Assembly (NCBI RefSeq): GCF_963921235.1
Contig: NC_086097.1
Span: 165,046,001 to 165,110,000, forward strand
Length of the DNA: 64,000 nt
Direction of reading: 5' to 3'
Origin: Mobula hypostoma
Taxonomy: Eukaryota
Made by a program: the position numbers and the translations under genes. Positions 24,791 to 37,462 of the stretch are shown one piece after another; the first letter of the stretch is position 1, and each line of letters begins with the position of its first letter. The notes beneath the pieces are model-generated. The model made no database searches, was not told the DNA's origin, and saw nothing but the letters and a program-made list of their open reading frames with translations.

Positions 24791-25794
24791 ATAGGTTGGT
24801 TGCCAAATAAAAGCAATGAGGCTTTTTTTTTGGTTATTAATGAACATTTAGTTTAGTTGTTACAGAGTAGTAAGAGTTCACTGGACTGATTCCTGGGAGA
24901 GCAGATCCTCTCCTGAGTAGGCTGGTGGTCTGTCCATTACACTTTTGAAGACTGAACTCATTGATACCAGATAAAGACAAGAGACTTCAAGTACTGAAAT
25001 CTGGAGCAACAGACAGCCTGCTTGAAGATCTCAGTGGGTCGATCAGGAAATCTGGGGAAGAATTGTTGATGTTTCAGCTCAAAATCCTTCATCAGGACTG
25101 GGAGGGGAGACTGAGCAATTCCATTCCCACCCCCATAACGGATGCTGCTCACCCACAGTATGTCCAACAGGTTGTTGCTCCAGATGAAGGGCAGACATGG
25201 GGAGGTTGCTGTAATCTGAGGGAGGCATCTCCATATACCAGGCTCACCACTTAGGACGGAAAAGCTGACAAAGACTTTCATTCAGAGGATTGTGAATTTT
25301 CATCCTGTACTGCTGTCGAGGCTCTGTTGCTGGAACATCTATCGATATATTTCTGGATATTAACGAAATTAGAGGAATGGACGATGCGGTAAAATGATGG
25401 TGGGGTTCAGGACTAGCACCGATCTTGTCGCCAGCCTCAAAGGGGCCGAATGGCATTCTGCTCTTTATTTTTTCTTATTTTCCTATGCCGTAGATTGAAA
25501 AGTATAGCGATTAGAAAAACCCTTCGAAATACTGGAGAATTTGCTTTGCCATGCTAACCAACAAAAAAAAATCAATTGTAAGAGATATGATTCTATGAAG
25601 TGCTATCCGCACTGTGAACTAAGTTTGCCGATTTAGTCGTATAACAAATCAGAATATCAAGGACACAAACTGAAACAGCCTCACCTGGAAACTCCGCGAT
25701 GGTGCAGTGTGAGTGGGGCATACACTCACGAAATATAAAGAGAAATACCTACGCATAATTGGATTCCTTCACTCGTTTCCTCAATATACTCTAC

Positions 25795-25924
25795 CTTCTG
25801 GGTTTTCAACTGATTTTTTGTGCATCCGTTTGTACGTTTCGATGTCGGGTATATGAGCTTTCGGATGGAGCCTCCGGTCGGGGTGGTAAAGTATCTCATT
25901 TCCCGAAACTCCTTCAGAGGTCAT
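25795..25924 (-). CDS. ACSS2: ACSS2/ACSS2-like coding exon 1, MTSEGVSGNEILYHPDRRLHPKAHIPDIETYKRMHKKSVENPE(E)
   Basis: ATG in context ccaacaATGa; 130 nt ending in phase 1 at donor G|gtagag, which joins exon 2 to give E-F-W; AH-P----Y---H--SVE-PEEFW is the conserved ACS N-terminal motif; local CpG enrichment. Confidence 0.9.
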
Positions 25925-26330
25925 TGTTGGGGGAAGCGCTCCGGTTAAAGACTGGACTCGGCTCCTTGGAGAATCAACCCTTAGCACGGCTGGAAACCAC
26001 CTCCTTCAAACTCCTCCCCTCCAATCCTGTACTGTCAGTCGACTAGAACGTTCACCTCACAAAAGCTACCGACAAGTGTGCAAACAATAGTAAATGCCCC
26101 GTTAAATAGCAAGGGAGAGGTTTTAGTGGAACTCTCAACGCTGGTAAATACAAATTCTGAACGTTCTTCTTCACTTTCTGTTTGCATCGGCTGCGCACTT
26201 TCCCGGGAGCACTAATGCTCTGCCCCAGATTCAAACAACAAATAGAATAAAAAATAGAAGATTCTAGACATGGCAGCATCTGTACCGAAACAACCATTAA
26301 CGCTTCTTTCAGGCCATTGGTTTGGAAACA
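25925..26330 (-). promoter_or_regulatory. Putative ACSS2 proximal promoter / 5' UTR with SRE-like, CCAAT and C-rich boxes
   Basis: CTCCTCCCCT 26011-26020, CCAAT 26021-26025, TCACCTCAC 26052-26060, ATTGG 26316-26320; CpG retained relative to the flanks. Confidence 0.5.
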
Positions 26331-27459
26331 GTATAAGTTGCAGAGAAAAGGAAGGTTGGAGTGGACAATGAGAACGCCTTAGCCCCAGGGTTGAGCTGTT
26401 GAACAGCAACCACAGAAAGCGCACCCTTTTCCTATTGAGTGGATGCAAGGGAAACAGGAACAAAATCACACTGTGCCATTGATATGTCAATGGGAAATGA
26501 TAATCTCTTCAGACAGTTTTCATTGTTCCTTTCAGTGCAGGAGGCCATTCAGCCCATCACACCAATGTCTTCTCTCAGGTGGATCCCATTCATCATTCCA
26601 CCATTTACAACCTAGAACATTCCAGCACAGGTAGATTCTTCAGCCCACAATGACAGCAATTTAAACGGTATATCTGCCTGCACTTGGTCTATAACCGTCC
26701 ATTCCCTTTCCATTTCATATGCTTGTCTAAATGCTCCTGTTGTATCTTCTTCCATCACTTCTCCTGCAATTCATCCCCAATACCTACCGTTCTCTGTGTT
26801 GAATAAATTTAACACAATCTCTTTTCTCTAAAGATTGGGACACTAGTGAAATGTGTTCAGACACATTGGTGGTCTGACCAATATTATTGTATTTGAGCAC
26901 CCCTGTAATAATGTTGTTCAGACCTCTAATGTGCTAATAGGTTCTTCAGACCGGTATCTTCTACATATGCTTTCCTGAATATTCCAGAGAATGTCTCCCA
27001 GTTTATGGGAGACAAATGCTTTTTGAGCTCAACTTGTATTCAACATCTTTGAAATCCATAAGAAATAGTAGTTTTTTTTATATATATTACGTGCAATTGT
27101 GAACAATAGCCAGATCAGAAATGCTGATCAAGTCAACTAGTTCCCAAAGAGAATTCTGACAGGTCAATCAGATGGTTCACTGCTGCTCAGCGATTATAAA
27201 AAGTCATATGTAAACTCGTAGCAAGTACATAGAATAGGCACAAGGGTCGCTAGCCCCTGTACCCCAGAAACATAACTGAGCAGTGTGGCGGAGGTATGTG
27301 CTATGCATGACCTGATCTGAAAGCATGATGTTGACTCATAACAGATCATGTTCATGGTGGAACAGCTTAGTCAAGGATGGGGTGATCAGTACAGATGGAC
27401 AAAATTATACCTCCACTACCCCCTAATACCCTTTAAGAATAATGTCTATGAAACAACAT

Positions 27460-28892
27460 TTACTGCCTTCCCAGTGTATATGACAAATAAACTCTTCCTG
27501 GGCTTCCAGCCAGGTACAGGTATCCATTTTAACCATCATTTCGATGACAAACTCTGCCATCTTCATCAGGGATGATGCCTGGGCATGTCTGGACAGGTGG
27601 TATTTATACCTCTGTCATCCATCCCTCCTGGTTCGTTAATCCCACCTTATTTACAATCGAATTCAAGTTCTCACTTAGAGCGAGACCTTCACCTTTGTTA
27701 AAATTCTTTTCCTCCAGTTTTATTTCAATGACTTCCTTCACCAGGCAGTCCCAAAAGCTGTTGGCATGGCACGGTAGTTTTGTGCTGTCAAAGTAATCCT
27801 ATAGCCTTTGCAAATACAATTTTCTCCCACCAATTTCTCCAGCCTGGCTGATATATACTACTCTGCTTTCACAGGGAATCCTGTAACCACCAACCATCCT
27901 GAGTCTCAGGTCATCTTTGACCTGCATAAACTGTGAATTGAGCTTCCTTACGGATTTGTGGATGGCCTTAATCCAGTATTTCTTCAGGATTCTGGCAGTC
28001 CTTCCAGAAACCATGGAAATATAGGGAAGACAGGTGGTAGCAACATGATACTCCTCATTGTTAGGTTTCCTGGTTTCTCCACAGCCCTCTTAAGGGCCTG
28101 ATTGATTGCCTTCACCTTGTAGCCAGTAGGTAATCGTCTTATATCCTCGGGGAGACTATTGGGTCCGAAATAGTTTTCGCACGGTTAATCAAAGTAGAAG
28201 GAACTACATTGGAAGGTGTGGTGGTGGCAGTTATTGGTGAAGTATAAGTCTGTGTGAGTGGGTTTCTACTAGACGCCATGTCCAAGGCTACTGTCCAGTT
28301 TCCACCAGGATCCTGAAGAAATACCAGATTAATACCATCCACAAACCCATTAGAAAGCCCAAGTCTCAGCTTATGCAAGTCAAAGATGACCTGGGACTCA
28401 AGACAGCTGGCATTAACAGGACTCGTTGTGAATGTGGAGCAACATATACCAGCCAGACAGGACACACAGTGGAAACCCGCATCAAGGAACACAGGAGGTG
28501 TGTCTGTCTGGGTTACTTGGAGAAATCCGCAGTAGCAGAACATTGCATTTGCAATGACCACAGGATTGAACTACTGTGCTGCGCCAATGGCTTTTGGGGC
28601 AACCTGGTGAAGGAAGGCTTTGAAATAAAACTAAGGGAAAAAAATTTTAACAAAGACCAAGCTCTCACTCTACATAAGAACTGGAATTCAATTGTAAGCA
28701 AGATGGGAGAGCAGAAACCTGACTGGATGGGGACTAATCAGTCAGGAGGATGGATGACAGAAGTACAAATACCACCAGACTAGACATGCCCAGACATCAT
28801 CCCTGATGAAGATGGCAGAGTTTGTCGTTGAAACGTCAGTTAAAATTGATATCTGTACCCAGCTGGAAGCCCAGGAAGTTTCCACATCTAAC
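27460..28892. mobile_element. Penelope-like element (GIY-YIG, family A) with an inverted arm
   Basis: Minus arm ~27460-28300 and plus arm ~28305-28880 are inverted homologs; ORF 28373..28783 is a decayed GIY-YIG endonuclease (C-CG--Y--QTG-TVETRIKEH...SAVAEH); candidate 12-bp TSD ATGAAACAACAT (27448-27459) / ATGAAAGAACAT (28893-28904). Confidence 0.88.
28797..28842 (+). ncRNA. Hammerhead ribozyme motif in the Penelope family A terminus
   Basis: CTGATGA (28803-28809), A, stem II GATGGCAG/TTGTCGTT with AGT loop, GAAA, C, GTC (28835-28837); weak proximal stem I; the inverted copy at ~27530-27575 has a better stem II (GATGGCAG/TTGTCATC) but a mutated cleavage site. Confidence 0.7.
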
Positions 28893-28909
28893 ATGAAAGA
28901 ACATCAAGA

Positions 28910-29450
28910 GCCTTGAGCCCTGGTTAAACCACACTTGGAATATTGTGCTCAGTTCTGATCGGCTCATTATAAAAAAGATGTAGAAGCTTTAAAGAGGGTG
29001 CAGTGGAGATTTAGCAGGATGCTGCCTGGATTAAAGAGCATGTCTTATGAGGATAGATTGAACAAGCTAGGACTTTTCTCAAAGAAGGATAAGAAGTGAC
29101 TTGATAGACGTGTACAGATGATGAGACATGCATCAGGTGGATAGCCAAAGGCTTTTTCCCAAGTTAGAAATGGCTAATACTAGGGTGGTGTGGCATAAGC
29201 TTAAGATGATTGGAGGGAAATATAGGGGGAATGTCAGAGATAAGTCCTTTACACAGAGACTGGTGAGTGCAAGAAAATACCCTGCTAGGCATGATGGTAG
29301 AGGTAAATCATTTATAAAAATCTTAGACAGGGACAAGGATGGTAAAAAAAATGAAGGGCTATGTAGGAAGGAAGGGTTAGATTGATCTTAGGGTAGGTTA
29401 AAAGGTCAGCACAGCATTGTGTGCCAGTAGTGTTCTGTGTTCTTTGTTCT
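28910..29450 (+). mobile_element. CR1-type LINE 3' end
   Basis: LVKPHLEYCAQF-like coding remnant, ORF 29128..29385, TTCTGTGTTCTTTGTTCT tail. Confidence 0.8.
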
Positions 29451-31639
29451 AACAGTAATAGTATAAATATGTGATAAAAAAAATACAGAACCTTGACAAG
29501 TTTATGAACTGCTATCTGGCAAGAAGTATAAGTTTTATCAGCTGTTTTAATTCATTATTGACATTATATCATAGCACTATGTAACATAGTAATAGCAATA
29601 TCTTTAACATTATAACTTTATAATTTCTGTTGTCATGATTAGAATTGTAATTACTTGTGCAATGATGTAAGAAATAGTCATCAACTAATTGCAGACTTGA
29701 CCACATTGTAACGCAGTAAGAGAACAGCATGAAGGGAAAATGAAAATTTATCTTTGAGAAGGGAGATTTAGGGGGTGTCTGGGAGAGTGAAGGGTATGAG
29801 AAAGGAGTGATAGCGATTGGGAAGCAATTGGCGTGCAAGAGGAGGAACTGGGAGATTGGAGAGGGGGAGTAGGAATAGAAGGAACAGGGATGAGTTAGAG
29901 AGAAAGTAAGGGGAGAAGTGAGCTAGAGGAGAGGTATGGGCAGTAAAGAGAGCATTAGAGGGGGAGTTGAAGAGCAGAGAAGAGTGAGGGAGGGAGGAAA
30001 GAAAGAGCAGGGTGTGGTTACTGACCTAAGTCAGTGGTATGAGAACATGGTAAAACACACAAAACACTGGTTTTCAATGAGAGTCTGATCTCCATGTCTT
30101 GGAAGGGTCAAGCCTTTAATTTCATATCCCCCTTCCTCTGTGGAGGAAGTGGAGAAGTCACCCTCACTAATAGCTGCAGAGAGCTCAGAAAGAATGAGGA
30201 GGGGCAGCATCTCTATGTCATAGTCACATGGGTGCCCATTGTCATTTTCATAAAAGCTGGTAGATCAAAAGCATAGATAAGAGATTTTAACAAAGAGTTC
30301 CAAAAGGGAAAACCAGAATTCCATAACATTCCAGTACCTCTTCACAGCTGTGGCTATCAAGGTAGGTAAGAAATTGTGTACCCTGTAGTAAATGACTTAA
30401 CTCCTGACACCCCAAAGACTTGCCACCATCTACAAGACACAAGTCAGGAATATGGTGAAATACTTGCCTGGATAAGAAATTTGACACAAGCAATAGGGAA
30501 CTGGTTTATTATCGTCATATGTACAGAGAAGAGATTCATTTGCATGCCATGCAGACAAATCATTCCATTCTGATGCAGTTCAAAATGGGAAACAAAACCG
30601 AATGTGGATCATAATGCTAAAATTACAGAGAAAGCGCAGTACAGTACAGGTAGAGAAATAAATTGCAAGGACCAAGGTGAAGTAAATTGGGTGATCAAGT
30701 CTATTGTATAAGAGGTCCATTCAAGAGTCTCATAAGTTCAAGACAGAAGCTGCCCTTTTGTATCTTCCCAGTGGGAGGAGGGAAGAGACCAGTACCAACA
30801 ACTATCCAAAATGTTCACTCATCCCACCCCTGGTGATTGTGCACTCCATCCACAAACTGCGCTGCAGTTACTAAGACAATATTTGCACAACCCACAAATT
30901 TCCAACTTCCACCATTTTCAGGTGCTTGGGAACACTGCCACCTACAGGTTTCCTCCCTTATTACACACTGTTCTGACTTGTACATATACTATAAGTTCAA
31001 AGTTCAAAGTACATTTATTATTAAAGTATGTATATTATGTACAACCTTGAGGTTTGTCTCCTTACAGGCAACACCAAAACAAAGAAACATAATGGAACCC
31101 ATTTTAAAACCACCCAATGTGTGGAAAAAAACACAAATTGTGCAAACAACTAAAGCAAACAACTGAAATTCACGAAAGTGAGTCCACAGCCTCGAAGCCA
31201 GTCGTCACTGCAGCCGATCTAGTAGCCTGTTAGTTGCAAGTCACAGTCTCAGTTCAATGCAGAGACAGGTAAACCTCACCAAGCAGCACGCTAAACAATC
31301 CATCCCTTGCTTCTGTCCCCATCACCCTGATCCTTTCGATCTGGCTTGGCGCTTAAGTTGATCAAACCTTGTGTCGTTCCTTGATCTTGGACCCGGATCC
31401 TGCTGCTTCGATATGCCCTCGGGCTCGGGCCTGTAACACATCTTTCCAATTCAGCCCAGCACTTAAACTGATCAAACCTCCAGTCTGTCCTCGCTCTCGG
31501 GATCGGACCACAAAAGCCATAAAACATAGGAGCAGAAATATACCATCCCCCTCAACCAGTCTGCTCCGTCATTCCATCATGGCTGATTTATTATCTGATT
31601 CTCCTGCCTTCTCCCCATAACCTTCCCACCAGAGTTCGT

Positions 31640-34525
31640 GTTTTGCTGCACAGAGGGAGTTTAAACCAGAGTTGCAGGAGGGTGGAAACCATAGCACCAG
31701 ACAGACGGTGAAGTGGTGTCGAGAATGATGTTGTTAAGCCTGCATACAAAGTCACGAATCAAAAGTTGAGCATGGTGGAGCTAATGTTCTGAGTTGTGTA
31801 TATTTCTACGCAAGGAAAGATGGATGAGCTTGGGCATGGATCAGCATGAGGGATTATGACATTGTAGCTATTAGTGAGACTTGATTGCAGGAGGAGTAGG
31901 ACTAGTAGCTCAATATTCAGAGGTTGTGTTGCTTTAGAAGTGATAGGGTGGAATTACTAGTCAGGGAAAATTTCAAGGCAGTGCTCAGTGACAACTGGAG
32001 AGCTCAGCTAGTGAGGCTTTATGGGTAGAACGGAGGAACAAGAAAGGTATAACCAGGTAACTGTGATTATATTATAGACCTCTGAACAGTCCATGGGATT
32101 TAGAGTACTGTTGCAAGGAACATAAGGTTGTGATAGTGAGTAATTTTAACTTTCCACATATTGACTGGGATGTCCACACTGTAAAAGGGCTGAATGGGAA
32201 AGTGTTTCAAAGTTCAAAGTAAATTTATTATCGAAGTGCATGTATGTCACCATATGTAACCCTGAGATATGTTTTCTTGCAGGCATACTCAGTAAATCCA
32301 TAGAATAATAACCATAAAAGAATCAATGAAAGACCACACCAACTTGGGCATTCAACCACTGTGCAAATACAAAAAGAAAGAAATAATAATAATAGTCAAT
32401 AAATAAGCAATAAAAGACAAGAACATGAAATGAAGAGTCCTTGAAAGTGAGCTCTTAGGTTGTGGGAACATTTCAATGATGGGGCAAATGAACTTGAATG
32501 AAGTTATCCATTTGGTTCAAGGGCCTAATGGATCAGGGACAAAAACTGTTCCTGACCCTGGTGGTGTGAGTCCTAAGGCTCCTTCTTGATAGCAGTAGTG
32601 AGAAGAGAGCATGTCCTGCGTTGGTGGGGGTCCCTGTTTCCCTACGACAGCATTTCATGTAGATACGCACAATGGTGGGGAGGGCTTTGTCCATGATGGA
32701 CTGGGCCGTATCCACTACTTATTGTAGGATTTTCCGTTGTTGGTGTTTCCATACCAGGCTGTGATGTAGCCAGTCAATATACTCTCCACTACACATCTGT
32801 AGAATTCAAATGGGTTCAGGAAAGTTTCCTCAATAAATACATAGAAATCCCAACTAAATAGATTGCAATACTAGATCTCCTATTAGGGAATGAGACAGGG
32901 CAGGTGACAGAAGTTGGTGTAGGGGGAAACATTGCATCTAATGATCATAATAGTATTAGTTTCAATCTAATTATGGACCTTGGGTTGAAATTCTAAATTG
33001 GAGAAAGACCAATTTTGATGGTATCAGAAAGGATCTGGCAAGTGTGTATTGCAACAGGTTGTTTTCCGGCAAAGATGTACTTGGTGAGTGAGAGGACTTC
33101 AAAAGTGAAATTTTGAGAGTATAAAGCTTCTATGTTCCTGTCAGAATAAAAAGCAAGGAGGACAGGTTTCGAGAACTTGGGTTTCCAAGAGATATTACAG
33201 CCCTGGTTAAGAAAAAGAAGGAAGTGCATAGCAGGTATAGGCAGCTGGGAACAAATGAGGTACTTGAGGAGTAGAATAAATGCAAGTGATCACTTAAGAA
33301 TGAGATCAGGAAGTATAAAAGAAGGCGTGAGGTTGCTCTAGAAGACAAGATGAAGAATAATCCTCAGGACTTCTATAGATATATTAAGGGCAAGGGACAA
33401 AATTGGCCCTCTGGAAGGTAAGTGTGGTACAGAAAAAGATGGGGGAGATCTAAAAGGATTTAGCCAGAGAGTGGTGAATCTATGGAATTGTTTGCCACAG
33501 GCAGCTGTAGAAACCAAGTCTTTATTTATATTTAAGGCAGAGGTTGATAGATTCTTGACTGGTCAGGTCATGATGTGATACAGGGAAGGAGATTGGGGCT
33601 AAGAGGAAAATTGGATCAGTCATGATGAGCTGGCAGAGCAGAGTCAATTGGCTTAATGCCTTAATTCTGCTCCTATATCTTATGATATTGTTGTCTTATG
33701 GATTTTTTTGTATCTTTATTTACTCAGCAGACAGGCACAGTCTATAGATGTTAGGCAAAGCAGCACCAAGGTCATGGACCCTGTACAGATTACACAGAGA
33801 ACGCTGTTTGCTACCTTGAGGCAAACTAAGGTGGATAAATCCCCAGGGTGTGACAAGGTGTGACAAGGTGTTCCCTTGGACCCTGTGGGAGGTTAGTGCA
33901 GGAATTGCAGGGGCCCTAGCAGAAATATATAAATCATTGTTAGTTACAGGTGAGGTACCAGAGGATTGGAGGAGAGCTAATGTTGTTTAAAAGAGGCTCT
34001 AAGAATAAACCAAGAAATTATAGGCCAGTGAGCCTGACATCAGTATTGGGAAATATATTGGAAGGTAGTCTAAAGGACCAGATATGGAAGTATTTAGATA
34101 GACAAGGACTCATTAGGGGTAGTCAACATGGCTTTCTGTGTGGTAAGTCATGTCTAAACAATCTTAAAGATTTTTTTGAGAAAATTACCAGGAAAGGTGA
34201 TGAAGGCAAAGCAGTGGATGTTGCCTACATGGACATTAGCAAGGCATTTGACAAGATCCCGCATGGGAAGTTGTTTAAGAAAGTTCAGTCATTTGGCATT
34301 CATGATGAGGTATTGTAGTAAATTGGATTAGACATTGGCTTCGTGGGAGAAGCCAGAGAGTGGTAGTGGATGGCTGCCTCTTTGCCTGGAGGCCTGTGAC
34401 TAGTAGTGAGCCACAGGGATTGGTGCTGATTCCATTGCTGTTTGTCATCTATATCAATGATCTGGATGATAATATGGTAAACTGTATCAGCAAATCTGCA
34501 GATGACATCAAGACTGGGGGTCAAA
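31640..34525 (+). mobile_element. Decayed CR1-type LINE (endonuclease to RT), interrupted by a Rex1-type fragment at ~32205-32805 and a CR1 3' end at ~33460-33700
   Basis: ORFs 33950..34318 ([19 protein letters not shown]) and 34360..34599 (YINDLDD, SADDIK). Confidence 0.82.
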
Positions 34526-34529
34526 TATC

Positions 34530-35620
34530 TTCAGTACCATTTTTATCACCATTTTTGATTTTGTCTCCATGTTACACTTCAATTAATCTCACTGACTGAA
34601 GTTTTGCCCGATCATCTGCTTGTTCTTCCTTACAGTTTCACTACACATTGCATCTACTTAAATACCAGCTGCACCATCCTCAGCCCCATCACTCCATTTC
34701 CCATCCCCTTGCCAACTTAGTTTAAACCCTCCTCAGAAGCTCTAGCAAACCTGCCCGCAAGGACATTGGTCTCTTTCAGGTTCAGCTGCAACTTGTCCCT
34801 TTTCTACAGATCATACTTTTCCCATAAGAGATCCCAATGATCCAGAAATCTGAAAGCCTGCCCCTGCACCAATTCCTCAGCCACACATTTATCTACCAAG
34901 TCATCCCATACCCTCACTGGCGCATGGTAACAACAAGCAATCCAGAGATTACTACCCTTGAAGTCCTTTTCACCTAACTCCTTATATTCTCTCATCAGGA
35001 CCTCTTCCCTTTTCCTACCTTTGTCATTGGTACCAATATGCACCATGACTTCTGGCTGCTCATACTACCCCTTTAGAATGCTGAGGATCTGATGTGGGAC
35101 ATCCCTGATCCCTGGTAGGAGTCAACATACCATCCTGATGTCTCTTTCACGTCTACAGAATCTCATGTCTGCTCCTCCAACTATGGAATCCCCTATCATT
35201 ACTGCACTCCTCTTCTCCCTTCTCTTCTAAGCCACAGAGCCAGACTCAGTGTGAGGGACCCAGTTGCTGCTGCTTCCCCCTGGTAGTTTATACCCCACAA
35301 CAGTATCCAAAGTGTTATAATTGTTATTGAGGGGAACAGCCACAGGATTACTCTGCTCTGGCTGCCTATTCCCTTTCCCTCTCCTAACAGTCACCCAGTT
35401 ACGTGCCTCCTGCAACTTAGGGATGACTACCTCCCTGTGGATCCTGTCTTTCACCTCCTCCCATATGAGTCAAAGATCATTTTGCTGCAACTCCAGTTCC
35501 TCAACACGATCACTGAGGGGCTGCAGCTCAATGCACTTCATACAGATGTAGTTACCATGAAGACTGGAGATCTCCCAGAGTTCCCACTTCTCACACAAAG
35601 AACATGCCACTAACCCTGGA
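34530..35620 (-). mobile_element. CR1-type LINE 5' portion (ORF1 with SGNH/GDSL esterase)
   Basis: ORFs 35227..35454 (NWVTVRRGKG, VPLNNNY) and 34804..35046 (VHIGTND, FLDHWDL). Confidence 0.8.
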
Positions 35621-37181
35621 CCCATTTTCACCATATTAGCTACAGTATATATTAATAGACAAAGAAAGGGGAAAAAATTCTAGAAACTTACTTTGAGCCT
35701 CCATCTATTCTCACTGAAGCCTGTTGAACCAAACCCTGATCACTCTAACACTGTCCTCTCCAACAGTGTCCACTTCTACAATGGCTATTCCAATTACACC
35801 TTGCTTCTTTACTTTGACCTTTGCCAAGTACCTTGTAGATTGTTATGACTGCAGCCTGCTGAAAGTCCTGAAAGGCCCTGAGCTCTTTTTCAACCTCATG
35901 CCAATTCAGCCAAGCAAGCAATTGCTCACGATGATTGCAGACCACCATAAAAGACTTCTGACTGATCACTATTGAGGGGTCTAAGCAACATTGCAGGAGT
36001 ACCCTCAACAGAAAGAAGAAAATGACTCCCTTAAACACCCCCTCAATGGCAATTAGGGATGGGTAATAAATGCCAGTGATGCTAGATCCAGAAAACTCAT
36101 TTAAGCAAGTGTCCTATCTAGATGCGTTAGGCCAGTTATTGAATATTTGAGCACCTGAGATAGAAGAAAACTTTAGTTATAGAGTCATAGAGTTATACAG
36201 AATGCAAACAGTATCCAAAATGGCCATCTAAACTCAGTAGTTTCTACAGGTGCTATAAATCTTGAGTAACACACACAAGTTGCTGGAGCAACTCAGCAAG
36301 TCAGGCAGCATCTGCTTGAAGGCTGACTTGCTGAGTTTGTCTGGCATTTTGTGTGTGTTGCCCATCTAACTTGTTCCCATTTGTTTGTATTTGGCCCTGT
36401 TCCTCTCAAGGTTTCCTATCCATTCAGCCCAGTATTGATTGTCAATGGTTGTGCATTTTCCATCAAAGTTCAGCAGACTAGAAATTCTGTATTATATTTT
36501 CACTTAATAATCCATGGAATTTGAGTTTAATTTTTAGGCTTCCAATAACGCCTCAGCAGGGGACAATTAAGGTGGCCTTGAACCAGGAGCAACCTTGAGA
36601 TATAACTAACCTGTATGACTTCGCAGCAGCGACAATACTCATTGAGAAGTTGCATAGGCTGCTTTATTGAATTTACGAAGAAAACCTTCTTCAATTTTTC
36701 AAAAGCAATTTTGGAATATCAAATATGTTCTAGTTGGTCCATTTAAAATAGTTATAACACAAAGAAAGGAGGGAAACATGGATTGTTACAGCAACAAAGC
36801 CTCAAATAGGGCAGTTCCACTGACATCTGTTCTTTCAAAGCCAGTCGCAGCGCAGTTGGGATAATGATCAAATTGTTTCAGTTACTGCACAATTCAGTAG
36901 CATGGAAAGTTGGAAACAAGGGCCAGGAATGTACAGCTGTACACATCATTATTATCATACAGAATGATCTGAAAGCCAGCATGCTGGGACTGAATCAACA
37001 ATATTTATTGTTCTTCATTAAAAAAAAGATATGCACCAATTCGTTTATACATTGCAAATTATATGAGAAAATCCTGAGCTAACAGATCTCAACATAAAGG
37101 GGCTCACATGTCAGCTTTTCTGATGTGGAAAAGAACTCTGCTAATTTGCCAGTCCTGAATACTGTCACGCAACCATATCTG

Positions 37182-37183
<2 letters not shown>

Positions 37184-37231
<48 letters not shown>

Positions 37232-37238
37232 ACACACA
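37184..37238. repeat. (CA)n microsatellite
   Basis: Direct (AC) run with one interruption (GTGCG). Confidence 0.95.
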
Positions 37239-37462
37239 AATAATTCTGTAATGCTCCCACGCAGTCAATTACCTTGTCATTGTGTACTGTTTGGATTTGC
37301 ATCCATGTTATGTCAGTTTATGCAGGGTACAGGGCAGAAGCCCACGGCACTTTATGCCAGAGTAAGGGAAAGTCATGCATTACAAGTTATAGCTTATTTA
37401 AAAAACAGCGGTTTAAAAACCTATAAGCTGCTTTGATTCATTTGAATGCTGTTTCACACAGT

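Noticed and set aside
29750..30020. Purine-rich GA tract as a functional element
   Set aside because: Low-complexity sequence with no defined unit or motif
36611..36742. Minus-strand frame MDQLEHI*YSKIAF... as a selenoprotein exon with in-frame TGA
   Set aside because: No similarity to a selenoprotein family I recognise, no SECIS evidence, and the phase does not fit ACSS2 exon 2
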